From NCBI GenBank assembly GCA_031366885.1, contig JANLPB010000098.1:1-24000 (forward strand): a DNA stretch of 24,000 bases. Direction: 5' to 3'. The position numbers and the translations under genes are program-made. A model generated the notes under the pieces. The model did not search any database, had not been told where the DNA came from, and saw nothing but the letters and a program-made list of their open reading frames with translations. Every line of letters starts with the position of its first letter. Position 1 is the first letter of the stretch. The DNA comes from Ilumatobacteraceae bacterium (GTDB lineage: Bacteria; Actinomycetota; Acidimicrobiia; Acidimicrobiales; Ilumatobacteraceae). Positions 22,145 to 24,000 of this stretch are shown here, piece by piece.

Positions 22145-23797
22145 TCAGTGCAGGATAGTGACCGTGCCCGCGGCGCCATCGACGCGCACACGATCGCCGG
22201 TAGCGATGCGCTTGGTGCCGTCGACAGTGCCGACGACGGCGGCAAAGCCCATCTCACGACCCATGATCGCGGCGTGTGACGCAAAGCTGCCGTGGTCGGT
22301 GACGATCGCCCCGACCAGGTGCAGGAACGAGTTGAACGACTCGCCGGTAGCCGGCGTCACCAGCACGTCGCCCTCATCGATGGTGAGCAGCTCGTCGAAG
22401 TTGCGGACCACTTTGGCCGGCCCCTCGAACACTCCGGCGCTTCCGGCGATCCCGATCACGACCCCGGCGTCGCCCGCTGGGGCATCGGCCTCGCCGAGCA
22501 CGCCGGAGATGACGAAACCGAGCGCCGACATCACCCGCGCCAACGGTGGGGGAAGCTGATCGACGGGGGGCGGCTCGGGAGCCGGCGGTCCGAGCGTGGC
22601 GGGAGCCCCATCGACACTGATCGACTTGCGTCGGGCAACCCGTGCGGTCAGCTCCTCTGCGGTCGGGGTGGGGCTTCCGTCGAGTAGCTCATCGATCTCG
22701 GGCCTCGTGATGTCGAGGGTGTCGTACATGAACGCAATTCGGCCACTCTCGTGCAGCCGTCGACCGAGCTCGATCAACGCGAGTCGCATCAGGCCGACCC
22801 CATTGGTGTCGCTGTAGAGCCCGCGCTCGTCACGGAGGCGGTACACGAGGCGGGCCTCGGTCAGCAGTTCGTCGAACTCGGCGCGGTGCTCCGTCGGGAC
22901 GGCTTCGCGCAATTCGCCCGCCAACGCCTCGGAGCGCGCCTTGGAAGTATCGGTGTCGTGATCGACGGCGGAGCGGAGCCGTCCGAGCACGATGTCGGGT
23001 CGTTCACCGACCGTCGGGTTGGTGAGATCGAAGCCGGCTGCAATGCGATGACCGACGGCGCGTACGTAGCCGTCGACGCTCGGGACGCGGGCGCGCAGCG
23101 CTGCGAGACGCTCATCAGCTGGAGCATCGCCGACCAGCAGCTCACAGGCCTCCGAGTCGTTGCGCAGCGCGGCGACCGAGGATTCGATCTCCGGGTTCAC
23201 GACGTTCGAGACCGGTGACCACCCATCGAAGACTGCAAGGATCGGAGTCGGGGGCTGATGCGTCCACTCGGCAGCGTGCAGCACGAAGTCCCCGACCGGG
23301 ATCATCGCCATCGCGTTGAAGCGATGGTGCTGATACCACATCTCGCCCAGGTTCTCGACGCACGCGTGGAGGTGCGCCCTCAGCCCCTCGGTGTCGAGCG
23401 CGGTCAGATCCACGCTCGCCATCGCCTCGTGTCGGGCGATCGAGGCAGGCTTCAGTTCCTCGTCCCAGAATCGCAGCCCTTCACGCCAGATCTTTCGTTC
23501 GAACGCGTCGGCGGCCAGGCCCGTGCGTCGGCCGATTTCGGCGCCGAACTCCTCGGGTGTGGTCGGCGCGTCGGGGCCGACGTCGAACGGCTGGGGCTGG
23601 ATGTAGGTGAAGCCGTTGACGTAGGCCAACTGCAGCGTGTTGAGCAAGACGCCGAATGGGGCGAGGGCTTCGCCGAACCCGCGCGAGAACCCGTCGGGGT
23701 ACATCGCCTGGAGCATTGGCGTGACCGCCGATGGCGTATGTGCTCGGTCCTGCCTCCAGGGCCCCGGGCCGGGTGGTGTCCAGTCGATGTCGTTCAT
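22145..23797 (-). CDS. PEP-utilising-enzyme mobile (swivel phosphohistidine) domain protein with a large N-terminal domain of unknown function
   Basis: Taken from ORF 22145..23863. I prefer the ATG at 23797 because SD 'GAGAGGGGAA' lies upstream of it. The product is 550 aa. The C-terminal ~90 aa, 'GDVLVTPATGESFNSFLHLVGAIVTDHGSFASHAAIMGREMGFAAVVG', is a swivel His-domain motif. The N-terminal ~450 aa ('WTPPGPGPWRQDRAHTPSAVTPM...') contain no ATP-grasp or PEP-barrel motif that I recognise. Confidence 0.8.
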   Translation of the reverse strand: MNDIDWTPPGPGPWRQDRAHTPSAVTPMLQAMYPDGFSRGFGEALAPFGVLLNTLQLAYVNGFTYIQPQPFDVGPDAPTTPEEFGAEIGRRTGLAADAFERKIWREGLRFWDEELKPASIARHEAMASVDLTALDTEGLRAHLHACVENLGEMWYQHHRFNAMAMIPVGDFVLHAAEWTHQPPTPILAVFDGWSPVSNVVNPEIESSVAALRNDSEACELLVGDAPADERLAALRARVPSVDGYVRAVGHRIAAGFDLTNPTVGERPDIVLGRLRSAVDHDTDTSKARSEALAGELREAVPTEHRAEFDELLTEARLVYRLRDERGLYSDTNGVGLMRLALIELGRRLHESGRIAFMYDTLDITRPEIDELLDGSPTPTAEELTARVARRKSISVDGAPATLGPPAPEPPPVDQLPPPLARVMSALGFVISGVLGEADAPAGDAGVVIGIAGSAGVFEGPAKVVRNFDELLTIDEGDVLVTPATGESFNSFLHLVGAIVTDHGSFASHAAIMGREMGFAAVVGTVDGTKRIATGDRVRVDGAAGTVTILH

Positions 23798-24000
23798 GGG
23801 TTCCCCTCTCGTTCGCCAAACGTACACCGACTGCCGATGGCCCGAATTCCGACAGCCCGCCACTGCTCATTCGAACGATCGGGGCCGCCCGTGCTGGTCG
23901 GTGCGCAACGTTCCGCGAAGCAGGCACGGATCAGTGCGATGGTCCAGTTGCGGCATCTGAGGTTCACCGCACCCGACGAACTGCGCGATCGCTACGCGAA

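Noticed and set aside
21912-22559. 215-aa plus-strand ORF spanning tRNA-Phe, its terminator and the 3' end of the PEP-utilising gene.
   Set aside because: It runs through a tRNA gene and a terminator, and is antisense to a CDS with a clear swivel-domain motif. The composition is low-complexity.
23939-24000. Possible start of a plus-strand gene at ATG 23939 ('MVQLRHLRFTAPDELRDRYA...') running off the window.
   Set aside because: Only 20 codons are visible, the SD is not convincing and no motif is present. It cannot be supported.

Overview
GC-rich, gene-dense window that looks like chromosomal DNA from a monoderm, Actinomycetota-type bacterium. That placement is an inference from the adjacent tRNA Glu-Asp-Phe cluster, an LLM-class oxidoreductase, DUF2017, the abundance of P450/SDR genes, many 1-4 nt start/stop overlaps and many long antisense shadow ORFs. 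I support 21 protein-coding genes, 4 tRNAs and a few hairpin or terminator structures. I see no rRNA, CRISPR array, transposase, integrase, phage gene or recognisable defence gene.

Layout:
- 96-3270 (+): translationally coupled LLM oxidoreductase, cytochrome P450 and SDR operon.
- 3264-5609 (-): pyruvate,phosphate-dikinase-like protein that lacks the ATP-grasp domain and carries a ~240-aa C-terminal extension.
- 5746-7790 (+): split, isobutyryl-CoA-mutase-like B12 acyl-CoA mutase.
- 7879-12656: a light-related neighbourhood made of an Fe-S-type cryptochrome/photolyase (FeS-BCP, COG3046-like), an SDR, an NmrA-like NAD(P)-binding/DUF2867 fusion and a clear heliorhodopsin.
- 12701-13032 (-): two tiny overlapping membrane ORFs.
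- 13157-17467 (-): a 1208-aa secreted Asp-box propeller with 5 DUF11 repeats, preceded by a secreted protein of unknown function.
- 17707-18131: a short cupredoxin-like lipoprotein ORF abutting tRNA-Leu(CAG).
- 18198-21594: housekeeping lipid and nucleotide genes (3-hydroxybutyryl-CoA dehydrogenase, HD hydrolase, DUF2017, DegV, thioesterase).
- 21692-22008 (+): tRNA Glu-Asp-Phe.
- 22145-23797 (-): a second PEP-utilising swivel-domain protein without an ATP-grasp.

The most notable signal is the heliorhodopsin, which has the retinal lysine and counterion glutamate positions conserved and lies 2.4 kb from an Fe-S photolyase/cryptochrome. The two ATP-grasp-less PEP-utilising proteins come next. 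All family assignments come from motif recognition by eye; no database search was possible.
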